A stretch of 64,000 bases of DNA. It comes from Polyangiaceae bacterium. Its GTDB lineage: Bacteria; Myxococcota_A; Polyangia; Polyangiales; Polyangiaceae. Numbering within the stretch: the first letter of the stretch is position 1; every line of letters starts with the position of its first letter. The position numbers and the translations under genes were made by a program. The stretch spans positions 64,001 through 128,000 of the forward strand of contig JAPSGB010000006.1 in NCBI GenBank assembly GCA_035063585.1. The letters run 5' to 3'. The notes beneath the pieces are model-generated. The model was not told the origin of the DNA and did not search any database. It saw only the letters and a list, made by a program, of their open reading frames with translations. This document shows positions 29,455 through 39,408 of this stretch, in pieces.

Positions 29455-29820
29455 TCAGGTCCCCTCGTATTCGCAGCGCGAATCGCACGTCTCGTGGACG
29501 GTGACCCGGACCAGCGACGGCAGCTTCGGCCGGAGCCGCTCCCAGACCCAGATCGCGAGGTTCTCACTGGTTGGGTTCGAGAGCCCTTCGACCTCGTTCA
29601 GATACCGGTGATCGAGCAGCTCGTGGAGCGGCTGCCACAGGTCGTCCACGTCCCCGAAGTCGATGAACCAGCCGGAGGTCTGATCGACCGGCCCCGCGAT
29701 CGTAAGGTCCACCTTGAAGCTGTGTCCGTGTAGCCTTTGGCACTTGTGCCCGGGCGGCACGCTCGGGAGGCGATGAGCCGCCTCGAACCTGTATTCCTTC
29801 ACGAGCCGGACGTTCGCCAC
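29455..29820 (-). CDS. queD: 6-carboxy-5,6,7,8-tetrahydropterin synthase
   Basis: FEAAHRL, HKCQRLHGHS, IDFGD, LDHRYLN, PTSEN, VHET. Confidence 0.93.
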   Translation of the reverse strand: MANVRLVKEYRFEAAHRLPSVPPGHKCQRLHGHSFKVDLTIAGPVDQTSGWFIDFGDVDDLWQPLHELLDHRYLNEVEGLSNPTSENLAIWVWERLRPKLPSLVRVTVHETCDSRCEYEGT

Positions 29821-29839
29821 GCCGCCAGGCTAGCACCGT

Positions 29840-31444
29840 TCAGCCGGGCAGCAGCACCCCGGGGTTCATCACGCCGGAGGGATCGAGCGCGCCCTTCGCC
29901 GCCGCGAGCGCGCTCGCGAAGAGCGCGGGTCGCTCACGCTCGTAGTAGGGCCGAACGTCGCGGCCCACCGCGTGGTGGTGCGTCACGGTCCCGCCGTGCT
30001 CGAGCATCGCGCCGGTGACGGCCGCCTTGATGACGTCCCACTGGGCGAGCTCGCGCCCCCGCTCGGCCGGCGCGATGACCGTGAAGTACGGGGCCGCGCC
30101 GTCGGGGTACGCGTGCGTGATGCGGCAGGTAACCAGCGCGCGAGGCGCGCCGGTCTCCCGCGCCGCTCGCGCGGCGGCCTCACGGACCGCCTCGTGCAGG
30201 CTCGCGAAGCGGTCCCAGGTGGTCGCCGTCTCGAAGGTGTCGATGAGGACGCCGAGCCGAACCAGCTCGTCGCGCAGGTAGGGCGCGCGCAGAAACGCGC
30301 TCCGCCAGGCGGCGGCGTCGCCGTCGCGCAGCTTCTCCTCGTGGCGACCGAGCCTCACCGCGCCCTCGGGGAGCTCCCCTCCGGCCTCGCGGCAGAGCTC
30401 GGCGGCGCGCTCGATGAAGGGCTCGAGCGGATGATCGGCGGACTCGAAGCCGACCAGGAGCACCGCGCGCTCCCCGCCGCCCGCGCCGTTCAACAGGGCC
30501 TCGAGCGGATCGACGAGGCGACAATTGGCAGGGTGAAGCCCCGACTGCGCGATACGCCTCACCGCCTCGGCGCCCGCGAGAAACTCGGGGAAGCGCGCGC
30601 TCAAGCTCGCGCGGAAGCGCGGGCGCTCGAACACCCGCATCCAGGCCTCGGTGATGACGCCCAAGATGCCCTCCGAACCGATGAAGAGCCGCTCCGGGCT
30701 CGGGCCCGCGCCGGACCCGGGGAGCCGCCGCGTCTCGATCGGACCCGCCGGCGTGAGCACTCGCAGCCCCTCGACGAGCTCGTCGATGTGCGTGTAGAGG
30801 GTGGCGAAATGCCCGCCGGAGCGGGTGGCGATCCACCCGCCGAGCGTCGAAAACTCGAACGACTGCGGGTAGTGCCGGAGCGAGAGGCCGTGCTCGCGGA
30901 GCTGGTCTTCGAGGATCGGCCCGAGCGCGCCCGCCTGAATGCGCGCCGCGCGGGAGACGCGATCCACCTCGAGCACGCGATCGAGCCGCGTGAGGTCGAG
31001 GCTCAGCGTTCCGGCGAAGGAAGGGCCGACCTTCGGCTCGACGCCGCCGCACACCGAGGACCCGCCTCCGAAGGGGATGACGGCGAGCCGCGCGTCCGCG
31101 GCAAAATCGAGGAGCCTCACCACGTCGTCCTCGCTACCGGGGAAAGCGACCAGGTCCGGGGGCTCGTCGAACGAGCGCGCGAGCGCCCGCACCACGTCAC
31201 GATACGATTTTCCGTAGCTGTGCGAGGCGCGTGAGAACGGATCGGTGCGGATGAGCCCCGCGAGCGAGGCGGGCGGCGTCACGCGAGGTGCGCGGAGCGC
31301 GAGCTCCTCGAGCCGTGGCACGGGCGCGCGCGCCACCTGCTCGAGCCCGAGCATCGGGGCGAGCCCGGCCTCGACGAGCGCGAGCTGAGTCGCGTCCGGT
31401 CCCGCGTCGTCGTAGCCCCAGCCCCAGAAGCGTCGCGTGCTCAC
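29840..31444 (-). CDS. FAD-binding oxidoreductase, alkyl-DHAP-synthase-like
   Basis: FWGWG, IPFGGGSSV, HYPQSFEFSTLGGWIATRSGG, GSEGILGVIT, THHHAVG, LDPSGVMNPG. Confidence 0.88.
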   Translation of the reverse strand: MSTRRFWGWGYDDAGPDATQLALVEAGLAPMLGLEQVARAPVPRLEELALRAPRVTPPASLAGLIRTDPFSRASHSYGKSYRDVVRALARSFDEPPDLVAFPGSEDDVVRLLDFAADARLAVIPFGGGSSVCGGVEPKVGPSFAGTLSLDLTRLDRVLEVDRVSRAARIQAGALGPILEDQLREHGLSLRHYPQSFEFSTLGGWIATRSGGHFATLYTHIDELVEGLRVLTPAGPIETRRLPGSGAGPSPERLFIGSEGILGVITEAWMRVFERPRFRASLSARFPEFLAGAEAVRRIAQSGLHPANCRLVDPLEALLNGAGGGERAVLLVGFESADHPLEPFIERAAELCREAGGELPEGAVRLGRHEEKLRDGDAAAWRSAFLRAPYLRDELVRLGVLIDTFETATTWDRFASLHEAVREAAARAARETGAPRALVTCRITHAYPDGAAPYFTVIAPAERGRELAQWDVIKAAVTGAMLEHGGTVTHHHAVGRDVRPYYERERPALFASALAAAKGALDPSGVMNPGVLLPG

Positions 31445-31534
31445 GCCGCGAGTATCGTCTCGGGGGCTCCGCGCGGCAACGACCCGCGCGCGGTTCCGCG
31501 CCGGACCGACATCCCTACCGGAGCTCACTCTCGC

Positions 31535-33565
31535 TCACGGATACGCCGGCCCTACCGTGGCGTGCGCGGCGCCGAGCGCGCTCCGGAAGAACCCGACATA
31601 CTGCGCGTTCGCCTCGGGCGAGAAGATGAGCTCGCCGTGGGTCGCGAGCTTGCCGCCCTCGATCCGATCGAATTGCGAGACCACCATGGTCGCGCCGTTC
31701 GGGCCGTTGCCGGTGAGCGGCGCGCTCGCGACGGACATCCCCGAGATGGGATGAACCTCGTGCTCGAGCTGCATCCCGAACGCGCGCGCGAGCGCCTCGG
31801 TGGTCGAATTCGGCACGATGGAGTCGGCGTGGACCTCCTGCAGGAGCACGTCTCGCGGGGTCCACTCGGCCACGCCATCGAGCGGCTCGCCGGCCATGTA
31901 GCGCGCAAAATTCAGCGGATCGCCCGGATCGACGATCGCCTGGGTCGCGGCCATGAAGCGCGCCACCGCGCCATAGGGAGTTCCCGGTGGAACAAATCCC
32001 TTCACGACCAGGTTGAACGTGTTGGAGTCGCGAAGCAGCATCATGAGTCCGGCCCCGCCCACGTTGAGCGTCGCGGCGGTGACCTCGGGCGCGACGGCGA
32101 GCAGCGTGGCCGCTTGCACCGAGCCGAACGAGTGTCCGATGTAGAAGATGCGCGAGACGTCGAGGTCCGGCACGCCGTCGGGATCGGGGTTGCCGCTCGG
32201 GTCGAGCGGCAAGAGATCGAGGCTCGCGAGGGACCGGATGAACCGGACCAGCTCGAGCTGATCGGAGGCCATTTGGCGGAAATTGTCCCGCGCGCGCTCG
32301 ATGTCGAAGTCGTTGCTCTCGGCGTCGATACCGAAGAACCCGTAGACGCTGTTGATGACGTTGGTCTCGCCCTTCGCGCGGGAGCCGTGCTCCGGCGAGT
32401 CGATCGCGAACACCGCCACGCCGTCGGGGCCGACGCCGGCGAGCCGCTGCGTGGTCCCCCAGCACCCGTCCTTGTCGCCACCGAGACCGTGCTGATAGAT
32501 GACGACCGGGCGGGGCCCGCTCCGGGTCGCGTCCGAGAAGGCGAGGAAGGCCTCGAGATCGACGGTCTTCTCGGCGATCGGCGCGCCGTCGGCGCCGAGC
32601 GTCCACTTGCCGTGTGCGAAGGCGAGCGATTCGCCGGGAGCGCGCGGCTTGCGATACTCGGGCGCGGCGTAGGTCGCACGGAAGCGCACGCGGGTATCGG
32701 GCGCGGTGCGGGGCGTCTCGATCGACCACGGGGCGGTCTCGGCCGGGGGCGCGGCGGCGCGATGCTGCTTGGCCATGGCCACCACGCCGTCCTCGACGCT
32801 GGCGGTGGTGAACACGGTCGCGCCGACCACGTGTCGCCGCGAGACGCCGGTGCTCTCGGAGACTAGCTCGAGCGCGTCGCGAAGCTCGCGACCGTAGTCG
32901 TCGCTCGGACGCTCGAGGAGCTCGTGCATGTCCGGCGAGCGCCCGACCGGCGTGCCGTCGGCAGCGAGCAGCCGATCGGTGACGACGAGCGCGTAGCGCC
33001 GGTGAGACGCGAGCGGCACGGCGGGGGTCGCGAGGAGCGTATACTCGTCGGTGGTGTAGTAGTCGTCCTTGGCTTGCGCGTAGTAGGTGGGGACGAGCCC
33101 GACCACGCTGCCCTGCTCCGGCGAGCTCGGGTCGACGTCGACGAGCAAGAGCGGTGAGTCGGCGCCGGCGTAGTCATTCGCGTCGCGCACCGGACCGAGC
33201 ACGGGTGGGTCCGCGTCCGGCAGCTCGACGAGCCCACGCGGATCGATGGGGGCGCTGAGCCGCACGAACACCCCGCCGGTGGGGGAAAAGCCGTCCATGG
33301 CGGACAGCTCCTCGGCCGCGACCGGGTAGCGCTCGATCAGCTCGTCGGCGGTGGTCTCCGGGGTGATCTCCACGCGCCGTCCGGTCCGCGTGGCGGGGTC
33401 GGTGGCCGTGTAGCGATCCGACGGATAGAGCGTGAGCTCGGTCTCGGCGCGCGGGCCGTAGAGCACGACCGACGACGCCGGACGCGGCGATGCCTCCTCG
33501 CCGCCGGAGCAGCCCACGAGCGCCGCCCCGAGCGCGAGCCCCAACCAAACGCAGCGTCGAGCCAT
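31535..33565 (-). CDS. Lipoprotein alpha/beta hydrolase (extracellular lipase-like)
   Basis: Lipobox LVGC; DGFSP; YQHGLGG, AIDSPEHG, RDNFRQ, GHSFG nucleophile elbow, DSIVPN, THG. Confidence 0.82.
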   Translation of the reverse strand: MARRCVWLGLALGAALVGCSGGEEASPRPASSVVLYGPRAETELTLYPSDRYTATDPATRTGRRVEITPETTADELIERYPVAAEELSAMDGFSPTGGVFVRLSAPIDPRGLVELPDADPPVLGPVRDANDYAGADSPLLLVDVDPSSPEQGSVVGLVPTYYAQAKDDYYTTDEYTLLATPAVPLASHRRYALVVTDRLLAADGTPVGRSPDMHELLERPSDDYGRELRDALELVSESTGVSRRHVVGATVFTTASVEDGVVAMAKQHRAAAPPAETAPWSIETPRTAPDTRVRFRATYAAPEYRKPRAPGESLAFAHGKWTLGADGAPIAEKTVDLEAFLAFSDATRSGPRPVVIYQHGLGGDKDGCWGTTQRLAGVGPDGVAVFAIDSPEHGSRAKGETNVINSVYGFFGIDAESNDFDIERARDNFRQMASDQLELVRFIRSLASLDLLPLDPSGNPDPDGVPDLDVSRIFYIGHSFGSVQAATLLAVAPEVTAATLNVGGAGLMMLLRDSNTFNLVVKGFVPPGTPYGAVARFMAATQAIVDPGDPLNFARYMAGEPLDGVAEWTPRDVLLQEVHADSIVPNSTTEALARAFGMQLEHEVHPISGMSVASAPLTGNGPNGATMVVSQFDRIEGGKLATHGELIFSPEANAQYVGFFRSALGAAHATVGPAYP

Positions 33566-33752
33566 GTCGAGCACGGTATCCGAACCGGCCGGCCAGACAA
33601 CCACTCTCTGCGACGACGGCGACGACGCGCGCTCGGCGCAGGCCGCCCGGTGGAGCGCCCGGCCGTCGTCGCGCGAAGGGTGAAACCCGCTGAATTTGCG
33701 CCACAAGTGAGCGTTCCCCGGCTCGCCGCGATAGGCTCCGAGTCCATCAGCG

Positions 33753-36700
33753 ATGCGCGCTCGCAGGCCTGCCCGCCGCTACCGACGCCCGTGGGACGTC
33801 CCGCGGCTGGTGGCGCGTGCCCTGTGCCTGCTGTTCGGCCTGGTGGGCGCCCTCCCTCTGCTCGGCGGCGTGCTCCTACGCTCGGAGCCGGTGCGTCGCT
33901 GGGCGGCCGCCGAGACGGCGCGAGTCCTCGAGCGGGAGCTCGGCGTCACGGCCACCTACCAGGTCGAGGTCACGCTCTGGCCGCTCGCGGTCTCGGTCCA
34001 CGATCTCGAGGTGCCGTCGCTCGACGGTGGCACGCCGGCGCTGTCGATTCGGCGCGTCTCGGTCGCGCCGCGAGTGTTCGCGTTGCTGGCGGGGCGACTC
34101 GACGCGGGCGACATCGAGATCGACGCGCCGAGCGCGCGGCTGGTCGTCAGGGACGGCGCGCTCGTCAACGTCGCGTATCGCGTGCCGGAGCAGCGCGCAC
34201 CCGCTCGCGAGCTCGAGCAGGCGCCGTTCTCGTCCATCTCGGTCACCGACGCGCGGCTCGACCTCGACGTCGACGGCGTGCGGGTCGTGACCGGGCCCAC
34301 GGACATCGACGTCTTCGCGGACAAGGGGCCAAGCTTCGAGGTCGCGCTCCGCTCCGGCGCGACCGAGGTGACCCGCACGCGGACCGTGCGCGTCGAGGCG
34401 AGCCCGAACGCGAGCGAGCCGAAGCTCGAGACCGACGCCGAGGGCCGCCGCTTCGAGCGGCGCCGAGCGGTGGACGAAGACGTCCTCTGCCGCCTCGATC
34501 TACGCGCCCGGTACGCTCGCGGCGAGATCCTCGTTCGACGGCTGTCACTGCAAGGCGAGGCGGATCGCGATCCCGCACCAGGCACCAGGCCGAGTTGCCG
34601 GGCCGGCGCGGCCGGCGGCGAGGGTGAGTGGCACCTGGCGGCTCGGCTCTCGGAGCTGCGCTTCGGGAAGCGCGCAGGCGAGCAGCCGTTCGTCGACGGA
34701 CAGGTGATGGCGCGCGCGCCGGCTGGCCTGGTGAACCGCTTCGTCGAGACCAGCACGGTCTTCGGCTGGGTCGGCGTGAGCGGCGAGCTTCGCTACGACG
34801 GGACCACGAAGCTTCCAAAATTCAAGGGGACGGTGCAAGGCGGCTCGCTCGGCCTCGATGTCTATCACCTCGCCAAGACGCTCGCCGCCAGCGTCGAGCT
34901 CTCGAACGAGCAGGTCCGGATCGCTCGCTTCGAGATGGAGTTTGCCGACGGTCACACCGTCTTGACCGACGGGCTCATCGAGCCGCTCGCGGCGGGCGCG
35001 CCGATCCGGGTGGCCAAGGTCGAGAGCGCGGACATGACCTTCGAGGGGTTGATGCGAGATCTCGGCGTGACGCCGGGCACCGTCGTAGCGTGGCGCCTAC
35101 GCAAGACGCGGGTTACGAAGATCGGCGGCACGCTCGCGCCGCTCCGCATCGACGCAGAGCTCGCCGCGGAGACCACTGGTTTCGAGGTCTTCGATCGGGC
35201 GTTCCACGATCCCGGTCGAAAGCACATGGTCGGGGTGCGCGCCGCGAACGTCAAAGGCCGGATCGGTGTCCGCCCCGACGCCTTCGAGATCTACGACACC
35301 CGCGCCGACTTCGGGAAGAGCTCGCTCTACACGCGCCTGGTCAGCATCGGATTTCACAACGACATCAGGGTCGTGGTGGACAAATCCTCCAAGCTCGACC
35401 TCGCCGACATCTCGCCGCTCGTGAACATCCCCATGGCGGGGAGCGCCCAGCTCGACGTGGACATGGCCGGCAAGAGCGGAAATCCGCTGCTCACCGGCAA
35501 TCTCTCGATCCAGGGCTTCGAGTTCGGCGGGTTCCCCATCGGAGACCTCAAGGGAGCGAAGGTCACGTTCCGTCCGCTCTGGCTCGCGATCACCGACGCG
35601 CGCGGCAAGAAGGGGAAGAGCGAGTTCCGCGTGCCGAGCGCGCGGCTCGACTTCGACACGCGGGCCTCCGTCGTGGTGGACGCCGACGTCCAGAGCGAGC
35701 GCTTCGATCTGCGCGATTTTCTGGCCATCTGGCTCTTCGACACCGATCCGCGCTGGGACGAGGTCAAGGGCGAGGCCGCGGTCGGCGCCCGCGTCCACTA
35801 CGTCCTCGGAGGGCCCGAGGATCGCTGCGGTGATGGAAACCTGCGAGTCACCGGCCAGGCCAGCTTCAAGCACCTCGACTTGTTCGAGGAGCGCTACGAC
35901 TCGGGCAAGGCAGACTTCGACTTCCGCTGGGCGGACGCGAGGGCGAGCTACCTCGGCTTCGATCTCGCTCTGCCGAGCGTGAGCCTGGTGAAGGGGAGCG
36001 GTACCCTGCTCGGTTCGGTGCGGGTGACGCCGGGCGGCGTGGTCCGCGGGAACCTGGTGGCCACCGCGGTGCCGCTCTCCAAGCTCGACGCGCTCGGCGC
36101 GCTCGGATACGCCCTCGAGGGCGAGGCGAGCGGCGTCGCCGAGGTCGGCGGGACCATCGACGCCCTCAGCTTGAGCGCGGACGTTCGTGTCTCGCCGCTC
36201 CGCGTGGGCGGAGCACGTCTCGGCGGCTCGAACCTCGCGGTCCGGCTGGTCCCGCGCGCGCGCGCGCGCCGGAGCCTCGGCACCACGCGGTGCGGGCAGC
36301 CGATCCCCGCGCCCTTCGAACGCGCGGAGTTCGAGCGCGACGAGCCCGACGGCGTCTTTCACGTCGACGGCCGGATGTTCGGAGGACAGGTCGCGCTCGC
36401 CGATTTGCAGGTCACGCGCCAGCGAAAGAAGCATGTCTTCGGCGACGTGGACTTCGCCTCGCTCGATCTCGGCGCGGTGGCTCAGCTCGCGCCGGCCTTG
36501 GCGGCCGTCGACTCGCCGCCACGAGGGCGGCTCAGCGGGAGGCTGCACCTCGCGGATCTCCCGCTCGACGATCCCGCGCGCGCGGACGCGACCTTCGCCA
36601 TCTCCACGCTCGAGGTGAAGCGGGGCGAGCTGGGCGCGAGGCTCTTGCCCGACACGCGCCCGGTGCGACTTCACGAGTCCACGCTCGAGTTCCCGGCGCT

Positions 36701-38216
36701 CACCGCGGCGGTGACCACGCCGGGCGGCCAAGAGACGGTCTTCGACGTCCGCGGCCGGGTGACGAGCCTGGCCACCGCCGCCGAGGTCGACGCCAAGCTG
36801 GTGATGCGCCAGGTGGAGCTCTCTACGCTGACGGCGGTGTCTCCGCGGGTCGAGCGCGCCTCGGGCAGCCTCGGCGGCGAGCTTCGCGTGACCGGGCCGC
36901 TCCGCTCGCTGCGCTACGAGGGCGGCTTCCGCCTGTCGAACGGCGAGCTCGGCTTGCGCGGGCTGCCCTCTGCCATCACCGACATCCAGCTCGGCGTCGT
37001 ACTCGACAGCGGCGAGCTCCGGATCACCCACGGGACGGCCAACGTCGGCGGCGGCACCCTGGCGGTCTCGGGCAGCGCTCCGCTGCGCGGCTTCGACATG
37101 GGTACCGCCCACGTGACGCTCACTGCTCGTGGGCTCGCCTTCCCGGTGGACACCGGCGTCCAGGCGACGGTCGACGCAGATCTGGTCGCGCGCTGGCAGC
37201 CGCCGAGCGAGGGCGCCCCGCACACCCTCCCCCACGTCTCGGGCACGGTCACGCTGCGATCCTTCGAATATACCCGACCCGTGACCATGACCGCGGATAT
37301 CTCCGCGCTCGCTCAGCGCGGCAAGCGCACGCAGTTCGAGTCGTACGATCCGGCGGACGACAGCGTCGATTTCGACATCACCCTGCTCGCGCCGAGCCCG
37401 ATGCGAATCGAGAACAACCTGGTCGACGCGGAGCTCACCATCGACCGTGACGGGCTGCTCCTGGCCGGCACGAACCAGCGGTTCGGCCTGCGCGGCACCG
37501 TGAAACTCAAGCCCGGCGGGCGACTCCGACTCCGTCGCAGCGAGTTCGAGATTCGTCAGGGTCAGGTGCGCTTCGACGATCTCACGCGGATCTCGCCGCA
37601 GGTCGACGTGACCGCCGACACGGACTACCGGCGCTACACCGAGAACCCGGGCGCCGCGGGCGGCGCCGCCGGTGGCGGCGCGTCGGCCGCGACCGGCGGA
37701 GCGACCTCCGCGCGCGGAGGGCTCTGGCACGTCACGCTCCACGCCTACGGCGACGCGGAGCGGCTGCGGATCGACCTCACGAGCGAGCCGCAGCTCGCGC
37801 AAGACGACATCTTCCTCTTGCTCACGGTGGGGCTCACTCGCGCGGAGCTCGACCAGGCGCAGTCGGCGAGCGTTGGCGAGAGCGTGGCGCTCGAGGCGCT
37901 GGGCACGCTCACCGGAGCCGACAAGGCGGTCACCGACGCGGTGCCGGTCATCGACGAGTTCCGGTTCGGGAGCGCCTATTCTTCACGCACCGGCCGCACC
38001 GAGCCGACCGTCACCATCGGCAAGCGTCTCGCCGAGCGCATCCGCGCGAGCGTGACCAGCGGCCTCAGCGACTCCCGCGAGGTCCGCTCCAACGTCGAGT
38101 GGAGGCTGAGCCCACGCGTCAGCGTGGAGGGCTCCTATGACAACGTGAACGACATTTCGAGCTCCAGCCTCGGCAATCTCGGCGCGGACATCCGCTGGCG
38201 GCTGGAGTTCGAGTGA
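33753..38216 (+). CDS. tamB: Translocation and assembly module TamB-like protein
   Basis: N-terminal signal anchor, long beta-rich body, DUF490-like C-terminus (LTSEPQLAQDDIFLLL, TIGKRL, GADIRWRLEFE). Confidence 0.85.
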   Translation: MRARRPARRYRRPWDVPRLVARALCLLFGLVGALPLLGGVLLRSEPVRRWAAAETARVLERELGVTATYQVEVTLWPLAVSVHDLEVPSLDGGTPALSIRRVSVAPRVFALLAGRLDAGDIEIDAPSARLVVRDGALVNVAYRVPEQRAPARELEQAPFSSISVTDARLDLDVDGVRVVTGPTDIDVFADKGPSFEVALRSGATEVTRTRTVRVEASPNASEPKLETDAEGRRFERRRAVDEDVLCRLDLRARYARGEILVRRLSLQGEADRDPAPGTRPSCRAGAAGGEGEWHLAARLSELRFGKRAGEQPFVDGQVMARAPAGLVNRFVETSTVFGWVGVSGELRYDGTTKLPKFKGTVQGGSLGLDVYHLAKTLAASVELSNEQVRIARFEMEFADGHTVLTDGLIEPLAAGAPIRVAKVESADMTFEGLMRDLGVTPGTVVAWRLRKTRVTKIGGTLAPLRIDAELAAETTGFEVFDRAFHDPGRKHMVGVRAANVKGRIGVRPDAFEIYDTRADFGKSSLYTRLVSIGFHNDIRVVVDKSSKLDLADISPLVNIPMAGSAQLDVDMAGKSGNPLLTGNLSIQGFEFGGFPIGDLKGAKVTFRPLWLAITDARGKKGKSEFRVPSARLDFDTRASVVVDADVQSERFDLRDFLAIWLFDTDPRWDEVKGEAAVGARVHYVLGGPEDRCGDGNLRVTGQASFKHLDLFEERYDSGKADFDFRWADARASYLGFDLALPSVSLVKGSGTLLGSVRVTPGGVVRGNLVATAVPLSKLDALGALGYALEGEASGVAEVGGTIDALSLSADVRVSPLRVGGARLGGSNLAVRLVPRARARRSLGTTRCGQPIPAPFERAEFERDEPDGVFHVDGRMFGGQVALADLQVTRQRKKHVFGDVDFASLDLGAVAQLAPALAAVDSPPRGRLSGRLHLADLPLDDPARADATFAISTLEVKRGELGARLLPDTRPVRLHESTLEFPALTAAVTTPGGQETVFDVRGRVTSLATAAEVDAKLVMRQVELSTLTAVSPRVERASGSLGGELRVTGPLRSLRYEGGFRLSNGELGLRGLPSAITDIQLGVVLDSGELRITHGTANVGGGTLAVSGSAPLRGFDMGTAHVTLTARGLAFPVDTGVQATVDADLVARWQPPSEGAPHTLPHVSGTVTLRSFEYTRPVTMTADISALAQRGKRTQFESYDPADDSVDFDITLLAPSPMRIENNLVDAELTIDRDGLLLAGTNQRFGLRGTVKLKPGGRLRLRRSEFEIRQGQVRFDDLTRISPQVDVTADTDYRRYTENPGAAGGAAGGGASAATGGATSARGGLWHVTLHAYGDAERLRIDLTSEPQLAQDDIFLLLTVGLTRAELDQAQSASVGESVALEALGTLTGADKAVTDAVPVIDEFRFGSAYSSRTGRTEPTVTIGKRLAERIRASVTSGLSDSREVRSNVEWRLSPRVSVEGSYDNVNDISSSSLGNLGADIRWRLEFE

Positions 38217-38245
38217 GGCTCGACGGGCGCGAGCGCGGGCGCCGC

Positions 38246-39292
38246 TCACTCGACCAGGTAGGTCGCGGCGACTGGGAAATGGTCGCTCGCCTCGGCGACC
38301 GCGGCCGAGTGGAGGATGGACACGGTGGACGGCTGGAGGAGCGCGGCGGCGCGGCCCCCGAGCGCCTGGTTGTCGATGAGCTGCTCGTCCCCTTGATAGA
38401 CGAAGCTATAGCGCTCACTCGCCGGAACGAACGAGCCGACCAGGGTGAGCTGCTTCGGCGGCGCGCCGACCAGGGCGAGCATCGGCGGGGAGTCCGGCGT
38501 GGCGTTGAAATCACCGAGCGTGATGACGGCAGCCGCCGGCTCGGACGCCTCGAGCGCGAGCGCGATGGCGCGGGTGCGCTCGGCCTCGGCGAGCCGCTTT
38601 TCCTGGCTCTTGGTCTCACTGCCCGCCTTGAAGTGGATGCCGAGGAGCACGATCTTCCGGCCGTTGACGGTGAGGTGCACCTCCAGGCAATCGCGAGCGT
38701 ACTTGTAGGTGTCGAGGCCGTTCGTCGAGGGTGAGAAGTAGTCGTTCTTGTGACTCACCACGCTCTCTAGCGGAAACCGGCTGAGCACGGCGATGTCGAT
38801 CCCGCGCGGGTCATTGCCCTGGCTCGTCGTGTGATGCGGGTAGCCGCCGAGCTTGGCCGCGAGATCCGCCGTGACGTGCTCGTTCTCGACCTCGACGAGC
38901 ACGGCGAGATCCGGCGCGAGGCTTCGTAGCACCCCCGCGACTCGATCGAGCTTGTCGCGATACTCCGCCGTCGAGAGCACCTGCTCGTTCGCAATCTCGG
39001 GGCTGTCACGCCGGTCGTTGAAGAAGTCGTGGGTGTTGAAATTGGCGATTTTGACGGGCAATGGGACCGGCGGGGCCACGTCGGGGGCCGCGTCCGAGCT
39101 CGCACCTCCCGAGCCCTCGAGCGCCGCGTCACTCGAGGGGCCGTCCGTCATCGAGTCCCCCGCCGAGCCGTCGGGCGGCCGGCTCTCGGCGTCCCGCTCG
39201 TCGGGCTCCGAGAAGTCCCGAGCCGCCCCGGGGCAGCCGGTCACGGCTACCAGGAGCGCGAGCGAAGCGAGGGCCAAGCGGGGGCGCGTCAT
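38246..39292 (-). CDS. Endonuclease/exonuclease/phosphatase family lipoprotein
   Basis: Lipobox VTGC; IANFN, LVEVEN, DPRGIDIA, HFK, LGDFN, SDHFPV. Confidence 0.9.
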   Translation of the reverse strand: MTRPRLALASLALLVAVTGCPGAARDFSEPDERDAESRPPDGSAGDSMTDGPSSDAALEGSGGASSDAAPDVAPPVPLPVKIANFNTHDFFNDRRDSPEIANEQVLSTAEYRDKLDRVAGVLRSLAPDLAVLVEVENEHVTADLAAKLGGYPHHTTSQGNDPRGIDIAVLSRFPLESVVSHKNDYFSPSTNGLDTYKYARDCLEVHLTVNGRKIVLLGIHFKAGSETKSQEKRLAEAERTRAIALALEASEPAAAVITLGDFNATPDSPPMLALVGAPPKQLTLVGSFVPASERYSFVYQGDEQLIDNQALGGRAAALLQPSTVSILHSAAVAEASDHFPVAATYLVE

Positions 39293-39408
39293 CCGAGAAC
39301 CCTAGCTCGATTTCCCAGCTTTTGCTGGCGGCATGGCCGGTGGCCTGTGCTAGGAGAGCGCCCCCGCGCACCGACGCCGGGCCGGCCGAGCCGCCGGAAG
39401 CAGCACCC

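Noticed and set aside
29821..29839. preQ1 riboswitch upstream of queD
   Set aside because: Only 19 nt of intergenic space, occupied by a -10-like element
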